From contig NC_057749.1 in assembly GCF_004010195.1 (NCBI RefSeq), positions 16,644,564 to 16,708,563 of the forward strand: a stretch of DNA of 64,000 nt, read 5' to 3'. The position numbers were made by a program, and so were the translations under genes. Numbering within the stretch: position 1 is the first letter of the stretch; the number at the start of each line of letters is the position of its first letter. The notes beneath the pieces are model-generated. The model did no database searches. It was not told where the DNA came from and saw only the letters and a program-made list of their open reading frames with translations. Of the stretch, positions 40,801 to 55,800 are shown in pieces. This stretch comes from Chiloscyllium plagiosum (Eukaryota).

Positions 40801-43800
40801 TCTTAACAGTGGCACTGGCCAGTTTTGGAATGAACTATGAGAAGTCTCCAGGTTCAAAACATAGCTGAAACTACCAGAAGGAAGGGACAAAGTCAGAACA
40901 CAACATTTTTAAGGAAAAAGTATTGAAAAGAAATTGCCAATATTCAAAAATAAATTGCAAGAAACATTGGCTAGTAAATTAAAAACAGGGACAAAAGAAC
41001 ACATTCCACAGAAACACAATGTAAGAGGAGAAGGCATTCAGCCCCTCAAGCCTGCTCCACCTCTCAGTATGATCATGGCTGATCACCCTGTCCCCGCTTT
41101 CTCCCCCTTTCCTTTGGCCACTTTCGCCTCAAGAACTACACCAACATAGTTACGTCAAAGTCTTCAATGTTTTGGACTTAATTTCCTATGTCTGAGAATC
41201 CCCACGGTTCATTATTGTCTGGGTGAAGAAATTGCTCCTCATATCTGTCTGAAAAAGTCTACCCTTTTTTCTTACACTATGACCCTGGTTCTGGACAAAA
41301 AAACATGAATACTACTAGTAGGGCGTGGGTGCAAAGGGAGAGGAAAAAAGAATTTAAAAAATTGACCACATTTTCTGCTCCCAGGTGATACCCACTTCCT
41401 GTTGGCAAGACCATGTAAAAGATTAAATTTAAACTGTATTGGCCTTCGTGGATACTCACTGACAAGTCTTACACCTAAACAGTCTTTTGGGCAATATGCC
41501 AGAGACAGACTGGCGCCTAATGTAGCGATCTTAGCAAAGAGGGAGGGAGGACAGGGAAAACCCAAATTGAAAGTAATGTGCTTTAAAAATATTCATTTGT
41601 GCATACTGGTGTTTTCTATTAAGCTAATTGCAGTTGGCTAATATAAAACAGATTCATGTCAGTAAAAGATCACAGCATTTTATTCCACGAATGCCTCAAA
41701 TTTGCCACAATTGCCATTGGCAGCTAGTATGAAGGGTTTATATCATCTGACAGGTTTTTGAGCAACTGAAAGATAATCTTTCAGTAGCTGACAAGCTGTT
41801 GTATGAGCACCACTTCAGCTTTGAAGATTCACCAATTATTAATTGTCTAAAATTTTTAATGGGATAATTTGAAGAAGCAAATGATGCTAAAATTTGTGAG
41901 AAAGTAAGCTGCAATAAAGAAATAAGCAATTTACAAATGGATATGAATAGGTTTGGTGACAGGGCCAAAATTTGGCAGATGGAGTTGGATATGGATGAGT
42001 GAGAGGTAATCCATTTTCATCAAAAGAATAGAAAGGCAACCTATTATTTAAATGGAGAGAAACTTCAGTGTGCTTCCGTGCTGAGGGATCTGGGTGTCCT
42101 TGTACATAAATTGCAGAAAACTAGCATGCAGGTACAGCATGTAATAAAGGAAGACCAGTGGCATTTTGATATTTATTGCGAAAAGAAGAACGTTTAAAAA
42201 TAGGGAAAAGCTGCTGCAATTGCACAAGGCATTATTGAGACTGCCTTCAGTATCACAGATAGTTTTGGCCCTCTTTACTTGAGGGGGGACGTGGTTACAT
42301 TGAAGGCGATTTAGACTGATTCCATAAATGAGAAATTTGTCGTATAAAGTGAGATGAGCAGTTTAGGCCTGTACTCTAAGAGTTTAGAAGAATGAGGTGA
42401 GATTTAATTGAGGCATACAAGATGCTAAGCAGATTGACAGTAGATATGGAGAGGACATTTCCTTATATGAGACAATACAGAACAAAAAGTTTTCCCATAA
42501 AGGGTAAAACAGAGATAAGGAGAAATTTATTCTCTCTGAGGGTTCTGAATTGTGGAATTCAATACTCCAGAGTGTGATGAATGCCAGGACAGTGAGGAAA
42601 TCTGAGGAGATAGATAGATTTTTGATTAGCAACGGATTGAAGGTTACGGGAGTGGGCAGGAAAGTGGAGTTGAGGCAGAGATGAGATCAGCCATAACTGC
42701 ACTGAATGGTGGAGTAGGCTTGAGGATTGAATTGCCAACTTCTGCTCAGAGTTCTTGTGTTCTTCATCCACCCAATATTTACTCCCCATTATTCATGGAA
42801 TTGAGCACCCACCCCTGCTCACATAAGACTTTTGAAAGCCATTGCTTTGGCTCAACATCTGCAGTCAGCATAGCTTGGGTGTGAAATTTATGCAGTCAGC
42901 ATAGCTAGGGCTCAAAACATTCTTGTTCTAGAAAAATGGTTTGTTGCTATGGGATTTACAGATAATCACCACGAACCTTTTGAGATGAATCGCAAGCAAA
43001 GCAGTCTATAAATAAACATTCACATAAAACTTGAGGAATAAGATGCCAGACAAACACCTTCACTAGAGGGAGTGGTGGTGGAATGTGGGACGAGAGAGAG
43101 AGAATAATTACAAACACCAATTAAACCAATGCAATTCTTGCAAAAAGGAAGGAAGGTTAATGCTCTACCCACCAGCTTCTCTTTTCGACAAGGTAATTAC
43201 TTCAACAAACAAAAGGTCACTGGCTTCTGGCTGGTATGGAGTTGGCAATTTTTGTAAAATACAATTCACCAAATGTTCTTGGATCTGACCACTGGGATGG
43301 TAAGCAGGATCAGCTCGAACAACGATGCCCCAAATAGTGGGCCAATATTTATGATAGGCACAGTTGGGTTTGCACCGTTATCAGAACCATTAGAACAGCA
43401 CGAGTTGGTGTATTCAGCAGCGACAGATGGGGTGGAATTAAGGAAGTAACAGTTGATACATACCCCCGATTCTGGCATTATATGCCACACCCACACCACA
43501 AATCCCATTGTTGGCTACAGCTGCCACCTCACCAGCACACCGTGTTCCATGTCTGTCGAGAAACAGCAACCATCAGAATTCCACAAACCATTTTGTTTAA
43601 ATAGTCGTACAAGCACACTTTTCTCATAGGGACACAGTTTCACATCATCTTCTATCCCCTTCATTCTCAACTCCATAAAACCTACTTAGGTGCTACTGAC
43701 TGAAACGTTAAACAGTTCAATTGTTTCCCCCACAGTCAGAATCAATAAAACATTATTACATTGACCTGACAGTGATGCCTAATCAATCAGTTTTCTCCAT

Positions 43801-46800
43801 AACTAGGTATGAATTCCTCTGTTACTTAGGAAATTGTACCAAGAAATCAGTACACAATCGAATCTTCAACTACCAGTGACAAAAACTTGCAACCAACCAT
43901 TGGTAATTCAACATTATTAAAATAATCCTTCCAAGCAAACTTTGGTTGGGTGTTTTTCATCATGGCAGAAATGGAAGTACAAGAATTTTAGTTACAATAG
44001 TAATTCATTAATGCCAAATCGTAACATTCTTCTGAATATGTACCAACAAGATTCAAGACAAATCATGAGCCTGCTTCCAGAAGTTTGTTTTTCTGCATCA
44101 GAAATGCCCTCTTGTCCTCAGTATTTTTAAGCTGTTATTAAGCACCAGATGATTAGGTCTTCAGCACAGACTCAAAGATAAATTACTTTTTTTCTCCATA
44201 CAGTCACCATTAGGGTTCTTAAGTCCAGGGATACGGATTGTGAGGAGTAAGGTACGGTGAACAGGAAGACACATTATCCATTAGTTGATGAGTCAATAAC
44301 CAGTGGCATAGATTTAAGATAAGAAAGCCAACAGGAGATTTGAGGATAATTTTTTTCACCCAGAGGATGGTGGTAATCTGGATCTCATGCCTGAAAGGAT
44401 GATTAAATCAGAAACATTCATAACATTTAAGCAGTATTTAGATATTCACGTGTTTACCACAGGAAAACAGGATTTGTGTGGATAGATCTTTGTTGTCTTA
44501 GACTGGGTGAGCTGAACGGCTATCTTCTGTACTGTAAACATCTGAGCTATGAGGTAGATGAACATTTTTTTATATAGCATAAAAACAGCCATTTAGTCCA
44601 AATTTACATAATTTGTCAAAAATTACAAGTTAGTCCTACTTCCCTGCTTTCCTCATCATTGCAATTTTATCTCCCTTGAATATTTAATCTTACTTTTAAG
44701 TTATCAAATCTGCATCCACCTGTCAATAGATGATGGTGTGGAGAACCCAGCTCATGCAGGGAGACAAGTCCTACTCCAAGGCTTGGTGGCCAAGTACGTA
44801 CATTTATATCATGGCGAAATAGGTTGAGGAAGATCTTGCAAATGGTTCCAACACACAACAATGGCAAGCAATATGATGAGAGATTCCAGGCTCCAAATAA
44901 GCAAATAAAAACCTCTACCATTGCAGAGGTACCATTGTATGTAAAGCTCAGTTGGCTAGAAAGCAAGTCTTGAAAATGTATTGCTGGAAAAGCGCAGGTC
45001 AGGCAGCATCCAGGGAACAGGAGAATCGACGTTTCGGGCATAAGCCCTTCTTCAGGAATTTTCTTTCCTGAAGAAGGACTTATGCCCGAAACGTCGATTC
45101 TCCTGTTCCCGGGATGCTGTATGACCTGCTGCGCTTTTCCAGCAACACATTTTCAGCTCTGATCTCCAGCATCTGCAGACCTCACTTTTTCCTCCTAGAA
45201 AGCAAGTCTTATAAATCAGATTGACACCAACAACACAGGGATTGATCCCAGAGGAAGATTTGGGAGCTGCTTCCTTGCCATACGTATGGTAGACGTATCA
45301 GCAGGTAGATCGGTATTTCAGGCAGATGACTCATGCTGGTAACCCAGCCAGACGGTAGGATGTTTTTGCTAATGTCACCTCTGGTTCTTTTGCCAATCAA
45401 CTTAAACTTGTATGCTTTGGTTATTGACTGTTCAGCCACTAGAAAAAGCTTCCCTTTATTGGTCCAACTAAACTATTCATGATTTTCTATCATATTTCCA
45501 AAATTGCTTTGAAATTTTGTCTGGAGTTTAACAGAGTACGTCAATAAAGTCCTCACAGGAAAGCATTTGGAAATCAATTACACATTGAGACATGGTCACC
45601 GGAGGTTAAAATCTTCAAAAACCCTTTAATTCACCATGGTCTTTCTCTGAAGTGACCTACCGATTATCATTCAGCTGTGTGTAACGGGGCTGAGGATCAG
45701 GATCATTACCATTTACGTCGTAACTGGCACCTGGATCCTGGAATAGGAAGAAAAACACTGATTAAGTTCCCTTTTTCCTATGCATCACTAAGAATAAAAA
45801 ACAAACACTTCAATCTTGGTTGATTCCTGCTACGGCACTGACAAGATTCCTGAGAACCCAATGACGTTAGCTGAGTTGAGAACAGTGAAAGGTATTCAAG
45901 TCAGGCATTGTATTTAAACCAATTTATTTTTTGTATCTTCATCCACCAGCTCCATAAGTCAAGAACACATCATTCAAGCTTTTCATGTTAACAGGGAGGG
46001 GAAAATCAAAAGGTAGAGAAGAGGGAGAGTATTTTTATTGAACATCAGCTAATTTGTTTCAACTTGAAACTGAACATTAATTCTAAAATTGACATACGTG
46101 ATTCCAGATAGACTGGGTCTTATCCAGTTTGCTGAGTTGCATGGACGTCAGCAAAGAATGCCACCCTGGGTGTTAGTCTGTTAAATGTCAAGAGGATTCG
46201 GATGTTAGACTTTTGGACAGCTAGGTTTGGGCTTGTGTGTTGATGAGTCACCTAATAGTTTAATGTGAACCAGTTAAAATCAGCTTTCATCACGTGGGAC
46301 TCAAACTTTTTCCACCTGGTCATTGTGGCAGAAAGGACACAATTCCAGTTTATCCTGAAGACCATTTCACTTGGGAATTAAGATTTTTTTCTTTAATCAT
46401 AGGTACAAGGTTGAGCAATTGTTAGATGGGTCCCCAGCAGCAACCCAAGAATGAAGCAAACAGATCTACTTACATAATTAGCTGATAGGTCTGGATGGTT
46501 CTTCTCAATTCCGTCATCCAGAATAGAAACTACAACACCCTTTCCTGTATAACCCTGCTTCCAGGCTTCTTTTACATTCAAGTCACGATGATCCGTGTTA
46601 TGCTAGACAACAAACAACCACAGCAGTGAGCTGCCCTGATTTACTTTAAACAAATTGAAATACTATTAACTCTGACTGCACGTCAACATGGTAAAGTATC
46701 AAGTCTTTTTTGCTTTCACCTTGCCACTTTGCTACTTTTGTTCCCATTTATTCCTAAGAGTGCACAGATACCTTTAGACAGGTCATTAGGACATATCACA

Positions 46801-49800
46801 GATTAAGGTGCTGTATAGGTGCAATGGATTTATTTAGAAGATAAACACTTGTACAGTGTGCCGCTTTATTATCTAACTGAAGTGGTACAGCAGGTTAATA
46901 CCTCAACACATTAAATATGTGCAAACATGCAATTAAGTGCACAACATTTACTATCTTGACAGATCAGTGAATATATTGTTAACCACAGTGCATAAATCTG
47001 GCTCACATGTGCAGAGACATTTTATAGGCACAATGACTTGCAAACATCACTTGTTATTAATTATTCACCTCATGCAATTCATGAACTTCAATAAATTATA
47101 TTCTTTAATTGAAGAACGTTAAAAAGTTAGAGTCCTAGAGCTGTGCAGCATGGAAACAGACGCTTCAGCCCAACATTTCCATGCCAACTAGATATCCCAA
47201 ATTAATCTAGTCTCATTTGCCAGTATTTGGCCCAAATCCCTCTAAATCCCTCCAATTCATAAACTCATTCAGATGCCTGTTAAATATTGTTATTATACCA
47301 GTCTCCACCATTTCCTCTGGCAGTTCATTCCATACATTCACCACCCTCTGCATGAAAATGTTTCCCTTTAGGTCCCTTTTAAATCTTTCCCTATTCCCTC
47401 TAGTTTTGGATGACCTCACCCCAGGGAAAAGACCTTGTCTATTTACCGCATCCATGCTCCTCATGATTTTTTAAGTCATGAAAATAAATTTCTGTCAAAG
47501 CAACTCAGGAGTTAAAAAAGAAAAAGACCCTTCTTTGGTGCCCAGGATGCTTGTGTTGGGTTTGCCTAAAAAAGTACCGTTGTACAAAGATGTACTATGC
47601 ACAGTACAGGCTGACAAGTTTAAAAGCACAGTCCTAACCAAGTGTTTTCACACTAGGTCTGTATGAACAGGAATACTATTCACCGGTTCAATATTTGTAG
47701 AAATCTTTTTATAATACACATTAAATATGGGAAGGGGACAAACTAGCCCATATATGCACCCAAAATTTACCTATGAACAGTAATAACTTAAGAAGAGAAA
47801 GGGGCAGATGCTGGTTTTATAGGATTCCAAAAACTCTCAAAATTAATCAATTAGTGGGCGGCATGGTGGCACAATGGTTAGCACTGCTGCCTCCCAGCGT
47901 CAGAGACCCAGGTTCAATTCCCACCTCAGGCAACTGTGTGTGGAGTTTGCAGTGTCTCCCAGTGTCTGCGTGGGTTTCCTCCGGGTGTTCCGGTTTCCTC
48001 CCACAGTTCAAAAATGTGCAGGTTAGGTGAATTGGCCATGCTAAATTGCCCGTAGTGCTAGGTGCATTAGTCAGAGGGAAATGGGTCTGGGTGGGTTGTT
48101 CTTCGAAGGGTCGGTTGTTCTTCGAAGGATCGGTGTGGACTTGTTGGGCCGAACGGACTGTTTCCACACTGTAAGTAATCTAATCTAATGTAATTCAGGA
48201 TAAAACACGATGCTTTAAAATGCTGTGCTACTTCTGTGTTCTGCTCTTGAAACAAACAGGAGAAGCCAATGCAGCATCTGGAGGGTCTGCCACATTCAAA
48301 TAAATCAAGGCTGCTCTATATCAACCTGCATGCTTTAGAGTTAAAACCCTCAACATACTTATCTAAAAAAAAATTAATCTCAGCTTTAAAATTTCCAAGT
48401 GACAATATGTACCTATGTTCTGGAGTTCTGGGAGGGAAAAACCATTTCAGATATGCATAAAATATTGTGCAGGGGGGTGAGCCTGACATCATTCCTGAAT
48501 GACCCAGTCCTAATTTTAGCAATAAAACAGTTAATGGAAAGTTTAATAGATAAAGGATATTTTTCCCAAACAAAATATGTCCCACAAAATCTCTTCACAG
48601 GGCTTATTCTCTTGATTTGAGGCTTATATTAAATTCACATACCAAGATTTTCCTTCACTTAAATGAAATGAAAATAAAATTTTCTCAAACATTTCAAAAC
48701 ATCCTTCTCTAACATCTTGGTCCACAGTTCCTCATGCCTTGTAGACCTTTTTTTCCTTTACAAGTCTCATGCCATTCCCTTACTGCACCACATCATTCCC
48801 AATATAGGAAATCTTCATTATAGAGACTGAAAAACCTCTGGGGAGATTGATGGAGCAGAATCTGTACCTTTCTGTACTTGCAAAACACAAAGAATTGCTT
48901 ACCAGGTACCACTGGATTGGGAATTTGGGGTCATTTGGTTCAGTGTAAGTGTCTCTCTTTTTCCTTTTCTTAATTACTTGCTGTTCCAGCCATGTGACCT
49001 GTTTGCAAGAATAAAGTCTTTGAGGAAAAGAAACTTTTTACCTAGAAGGGCATTACAAAGCAATTTTGTTTAACCAGATTAATTGATACAATTAGTGTAA
49101 AAGTTCAAGTAGAAGGAAATAGTGGCAGACTTTACAATCTGTTCGAGGTACTTGACCCAGATTTGACTAATTTCCAAATGAATTTTTGTTTAAGTAAATG
49201 GCATAACAAAGGATCAAGAGTTGCTTACACAATGGAAATGTAGAATTTCTAATGCCCTCCCTCCAAAAATTACTAAAGGCTACGTTATGTTTAGCTAGAA
49301 ACACAACTTTAGCTAAGTCAATTATATCACAATCACAACTACCAGCTGTGCATGAAGGCTATGACTGAGCAGTTTACCTGAGGTCAAATCACAAAAGGGA
49401 CTTCATATTACTGCAGTATAAATCCTGCTGATTAATACCAGTGACCTTTCCTCATTCTATATTGCACGATCAATGGATTGAGGAAGGTAACAAATTTTCT
49501 GGTTGCGTTTTGTTCAGGGCTTTGCGCTTGACAAGTCACCATAGCCCTACCAGAGCATAGAGCTGTTCTCTCAGACAGTGAAGACTGGTGATGGAGTTGA
49601 ACCCGAGGGGTGAGGTTGAGAAAGAGGTACCATCATGTTAACCTCAGCCAGTGCAGGACTTGAACATGTGCTATCAATGTCACTCTGCATCACAAATCAG
49701 CTGTCTAGTCAACTGATCTAACCTTATCCCCCCACCCTCCCCACCTCCGGCTCTTGACAGGTAGCAGGAAGATTGAATGTGTACAAGCTTTAACATCCTT

Positions 49801-52800
49801 GCCAAAAGAACAATTGTGTCAAAAGTTATTGCTCGCTTACTGGAAGTGCTTGTCCTTACTAGAAAAATGTTGATTAGCAGCATACAATCATTTATAAAAG
49901 GTAATAGAAATTGTAGTTTAGAGTACTGAACTTGAGCATTGCTGGTCACAAGCTTGTCATTTCTGTGTAAGAGTCTAACCTGCAATGTGTCAACTATCCT
50001 CTCTTACAGACAAGATGTTTGTTTTAGTTCAGAACTTTTTTTTCTCTCCTCTATCTGCACCAAGTCACGCATAGTATTTCCAATCTTGGTAAACCATTAC
50101 ACTTTTTAATTCAGGCATCACCAAGGAGAGAAATACAAAACTATTTTGGCTCCAAATGTTCCTGCAAATGGAATATCAGTGGATGGTTATGTCTACAAGT
50201 GAGTCCTTTACCAACATGAATAGATAACAAAGGGCAGATCAGCTGAGAACATTGCAATGTAATATACGACTTTAGTCAATGAAAACCATTCACAGTATTT
50301 CAAAACCAAAATAAAAAAATTTGCAAAGATGATCTGAAGTCTCCTTCAGAAGTACTTCACAATTTGGCTGGAATGTAAACTTGCAAAGAAATCAGATTAT
50401 TTCATTAGTTTGCCATCATACGGACCAAAAAAATTCAAAAGGAGTTGAGGATTGACTGACTGACTGCTTCAGCTTGCATTATGAAAATAACACAGTGTCC
50501 GCTCACAAAGTGTCTACAATCCTGTTCACCACTTGGGATGTCTCTTTCACACAAAGTTTTGAGGATTGGCAATATTCTTAGATATAAAAGATCTTCAGGT
50601 GTTTGATCAATAAGGGATTGACTGCCCCACAATACCTGCAACTGATTACTGTGGAGGTCATGTAGGAGGAAAGGACAGGCTCCAACAACATTTGGGAGTA
50701 GATGAGGCATTGATGGATTCTAAGCTCTGTGGATTCTCATCCTTTCATGTTCACATCAATGGAGCTGTGAAACGTAACTGGAGATTTTCTGAGACATGAG
50801 CACCAACACTACTTATTCCTGAAGTTCTTTGAGAATTTCACTCCGACAGAGTAAATGTTGTTCTGTGTCATGCAATAGAAGTCACAGGTGCGCGCGCACG
50901 CTCAGTGACAGATATTTGGCTTGGTGGTCCTTCGTCTGGGCAGGGAAGGAGGCCAGCAGAACAGTAATAGCTACTGCAGAAGAGAACTTGAGGACAAAAC
51001 GATGTCTTTCCAATCTATGAGTATAGGACATACACCTCCCTTTAAATCCCTCATTAAAAGGTTTACAAAATTATGAGGGGCATGGATAGGATATATAGAC
51101 AAAGTCTTTTCCCTGGGTGGGGGAGTCCAGAACTTGAGGGCATAGGGTGAGAGGGGAAAGGGACCTAATGGGCAATGTTTTCACGCAGAGGGCGGTACGT
51201 ATATGGAAAGAGCTGCCAGAGGAAGTGGCGGAGGCTGGTACAATTGCAACATTTAAAAGGCTTCTGGATGGGTATATGAATAGGAAGGGTTTGGAGGGAT
51301 ATGGGTCAGGGGCTGGCAGATGGGACTAGATTGGGTTGGGATATCTGGTCAGCATGGATGGGTTGGAACAAATGGTCTGTTTCCATGCTGTACATCTCTA
51401 TGACTCTATAATTGGTGGCATGTCCTCCCTCCATCCTGCAACTTGATGCCACATGTCAGCCAGCACACCACACACCTACAAAAAGGGGTAATGATGAACT
51501 TCATGGCCTGTATCTACCTTCAAGAACAGGAGACCCTGAGATACAGGAAATGCATCAATGTCCTAAATTACCTTGATAAGAAGTTGCACATCTCATACTC
51601 ATGGGCAGCACTGCTTTTGGAGCAACCAAAACAGAGGGGTCTGAACAAGATTTGCTGACGAAATGCAGAAGTGAAAGAGAGGGATCAGGAGTACAAAACA
51701 ACCAGTCTATCCAACCCTTGAAGCACCAACTGCCCCAAATGTTAGAGTCTAGTCATCACACACTGTAGTTATCAGTCAACTCAAACGATTGAACGAGTAC
51801 ACAATAATATTATCAAGGATAATAACGGATTGCCTTAGGTGAAGTTGACTCCACCTATTTTTCTATTCAAGTGGCAAATCTGCACATCTGGTTTAATACC
51901 TGCAAGCAGTCTCAAATTATGGTAAGACAGCAGTTAGTACCATAATTGTGCATTAAATTCACAGTTTTACACAGGCACCTCATGAGCACATTTAGCATGT
52001 TTTTATTCTTGGGTTAAAATTCCTTGGAGATTGAATTGCCCCAGCTTCACTCAGGTTTTATCCAATAGACCAGGCACTTAAAATCTAACATACAAGCATC
52101 AGTCCTCCAAGATCATCTTGGTGTCTCCTTGAACTGGAAGATTCTTGTGGTAACTTGCGGTGGAAAAAAAAAGAGCACCATTGGAAAAAAGTTGCATTGA
52201 CTTTCTTTTCTATGTTAATATTTTTATAACTAATATTACTGCAGATAGTTTTAAAAAGGGTTATTTGTTCATCATTTATATATAATAATTTGAATGTGAG
52301 CATAACAGGAATAGTTAGTAAGTTTGCTGATGACACCAAAATTGGAGATGTAGCAAACAGCAAAGGAGGTTACTTCAGAATACAACGGGATCTTGATCAG
52401 ATGGGTCAATGGGCTGAGGAGTGGTAAATGGAGTTTAATTTAGATAAATGAGAGGTGCTGCATTTTAGGAAAGCAAATCTTAGCAGCACTTATACACTTA
52501 ATGGTCAGGTCCTAAGGAGTGTTGGTGAACAAAGAGACCTTGGAGTGCAAGTTCATAGCTCCATGAAAGTAGAGTCGCAGATTGGTAGGATAGTGAAGAC
52601 GGCGTTTGGTATGCTTTCCAGTATTGGTTCAAGTATCGAGTAAGGGAGTTGGGAGGTCATGTTGCGGTTGTACAGGACATTGATTAGGCCACTTTTGGAG
52701 TATTGCGTGCAATTCTGGTCTCCTTCCTAGCGGAAGGATGTTGTGAAACTTGAAAGGGTTCAGAAAAGATTTACAAGTGTGTCGCCAGGATTGGAGGACT

Positions 52801-55800
52801 TGAGCTATAGGGAGAGGCTGAATAGACTGGGGCTGTTTTCCCTGGAGTGTAAGAGGCTGAGGGGTCACCTTATGGAGATTTATAAAATCACGAGGGGCAT
52901 GGATAGGATAAATAGACAATATCTTTTCACTGGGGTGGAGTCGTCCAGAAATAGAGGGCATAGGTTTAGGGTGAGAGGGGAAGGATATAAGAGAGACCCA
53001 AGGGGCAACTTTTTCATGCAGAGGGTGATGAGTGTAAGGAATGAGCTGCCAGAGGAAGTGGTGGAGGCTAGTACAATTGCAACATTTAAAAGGCATCTGG
53101 ATAGGTATAAGAAGAGGAAGGGTTTGAAGAGATATGGGCCTAGTGCTGGCAAATGAGACTAGATTGGATTGGGACATCTAGTCGGCATGGGCGAGTTGCA
53201 CCGAAAGGTCTGTTTCCGTGCTGTACATCTCTGTGGCTCTGACTGGCTGAGATTATTGGAAAGGAGGTGTATTATTGAAACTTCTAAGAATACAAAGGAT
53301 TGGCAACATCCACATTGGAGAAATTGGAGTGAAACAATTCCTCAGCCTGAACTCTCATGGAAGTTATGTGCGTGTGTAAGCAGCTGTTTGCATTACCCCA
53401 ATGATCATAATTAAGCAACCTTTACACCACACATACTACTAAAATAGACAGCATTTCATCAGCTGGAAAAGCAGTTGCAATTACACCTTTCCTCAATACA
53501 GAACTGAAAGAAAGAGGGAGAGGTCAGCACCTGTGTCAAACCACAGCTGCAGGTTGCACCAATTGAGTAAGAAAATTAGCTCATCTGCCCCTGATTTGCT
53601 TAATTAAAAGGAATTAAGATCATTTGCTTAATTAAAAAAATACACAATGCTGCAAAGACTGAAGGTTATAGAATATTCAGTAAACACAAACTACTTTTAT
53701 ATTTAACAAACTGTGGAGCAAAAACAATGCAACTGGCATGACTTGCCTCTTTGCGTGGGAATATTTCACAAATCCCAGGTTGAGTGTTTTCAAATGTTTT
53801 CTATGTATTGTTTGTCTTTGCCAGCTGCATCCTGTTGGTTTACTCCAAAGGAAATAAACCCATTGCCTTTGTTATTTAATCAAAGTTCAACCCAAGTCCG
53901 TGCTGTGCTTCCTCTATTAATTTATTAAACGCCCTGCTTAATTGAATTATAATACTCGGAAATTTTTTTGAAAATGCAAAACAAAGCTAAGAAGTCACAG
54001 AAGCTTCTCAAAGTACCATCGCTTTTTAGGATACCACTTCAAAATATTCCCTTCCAGTACCTCTTGCAAGTGGAGATTTTTAAGTGTTGACAGACTATCC
54101 CTTTAAGGGACAAGTCACATTCAGTGAGATGGTGTGTAGTGGGGTGCCTCACTATTTCCTACTCACCTCTAATTGAGTAAATGTACCAATGACGTTATCA
54201 GCTGACAATGGTTAACCCACCAGAGACCAAGAACTGTACCTGGCAACTTCCAAATCCTCTAGGCTGTTTTAGACAAGTTTTTTTTAATATAAATTATTTT
54301 ACACTGAACGTGGATTCACTAGCTATGTCAGCATTTCATTTACAACTGGAAATGGTGCTTTAGCATCACCTTTCTGAATCACCAGTCCATTTGGTAGAGG
54401 AATGCCCATATTTTGGTTAGAAAGTGAGTTCTAGAATTTTGACCCAGGAATACTAAAGGAACACTAATATGTTTCCAAGTCAGGACGGTGCTTTCCTTGA
54501 AGAGGAACTTGCAAGTAGTTGCATAGCCAATATCTGCTGGCTTTATCCTTCTTGGTGCAGCAGATTGCAGGTTTGGAAGGTGGTATCAAAAGAATCTTGG
54601 TGAGTTGCTACTGTGCATCTTGTAAATGGTAGACACTATTGCCATTGTGCATCAGTGGTAGAGGGAGAAAATGTTGATGGTGGAGGACAAAGTGCCAATC
54701 AAGTGCATCAGTAGAAAATGAGGACGGCAGGTGCTTCAGAATCAGAGTCGAAAGAGTGGCACTGGAAAAGCAAAGCATGTCAGGCAGCATTCAAAGAGCA
54801 GCACTGCTGACGTTTCAGGCATAAGCCCATCATCAAGAATGTGGAGGGGTAAGGAGGATGAGAAATAAATATGGAGATGGGGTGGGCGTGTGTGGAAGGC
54901 AATAGGTGGATGCAGGAGGGAGGTAATTGTGATAGGTTAGTGGGGAGGGTGCAGCGGATAGGTGGGAGGAAGATGGACAGGTAGGACAGGTGAAGAGAGT
55001 GGTTGGGGGGGGGGGGGCAAGATTTGGAAACTGGTGAGATTGATGCTGCTGTCGTGTTGTTGAAGGGTCCCAAGGCGGAAGATGAATAATTTTTCCTCCA
55101 GTTGGTGAGTGGCTTTGATTTGTTGTTGGAGGCAGCTCAGGACGTGCATGCCCTTGGGTAGTGGGATGGGGGAGTTGAAGTGGTCAGCCACAGGGTGGTG
55201 GGGTTGTGTGGTGCATGTCCCCCAGAGATGTTCCCTGAAACACTCCATGAGTTGTCGTCCTGTCTCACCAATGTAGAGGAGGCCACATATCAAGAGCAAC
55301 AGATGCAGTAGATGAGGTGGGTTGGTGTGCAGGAAAATCTCTGCCGAAGTGAAAAGATCCTTTGGGGCTCTGGACGGAAGTGAGGGGGAAAACCAAGTGG
55401 ATTGCTTTGTGCTGGATGGTGGAGAGTTTCTTGAGTGTTGTTGGAGCTGCACCCATACAAACAAATGGACAGTATTCCATCACACTTTTGACTTATGCCT
55501 TGTAGATGAAGATTTTGAGAAGTCAGGAGGAGAACTCAGACGACTGACTGTGTGGAGTTTGCACGTTCTCCCCGTGTCTGCGTGGGTTTCCTCCGGGGGC
55601 TCCGGTTTCCTCCCACAGTCCAAAGATGTGCAAGTCAGGTGAATTGGCCATGCTAAATTGCCCGTAGTGTTAGGTAAAGGGGTAAATGTAGGGGTATGGG
55701 TGGGTTACGCTTCGGCGGGTCGGTGTGGACTTGTTGGGCCGAAGGGCCTGTTTCCACACTAAGTAATCTAATCTAATCTAATTCCCAGCTTCTGACCTGT

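Noticed and set aside
41272..41480. TTTAG|GVRLV... resembling a duplicated copy of the GVRML exon
   Set aside because: Similarity stops after four or five codons; no support for a mutually exclusive exon.
43266..43508. 80-aa ORF crossing the donor at 43464
   Set aside because: Different frame from furin; in-frame intron retention stops after a few codons ([12 protein letters not shown]).
50888..50902. gcgcgcgcacgc CpG cluster
   Set aside because: Too short for a CpG island and without supporting context.
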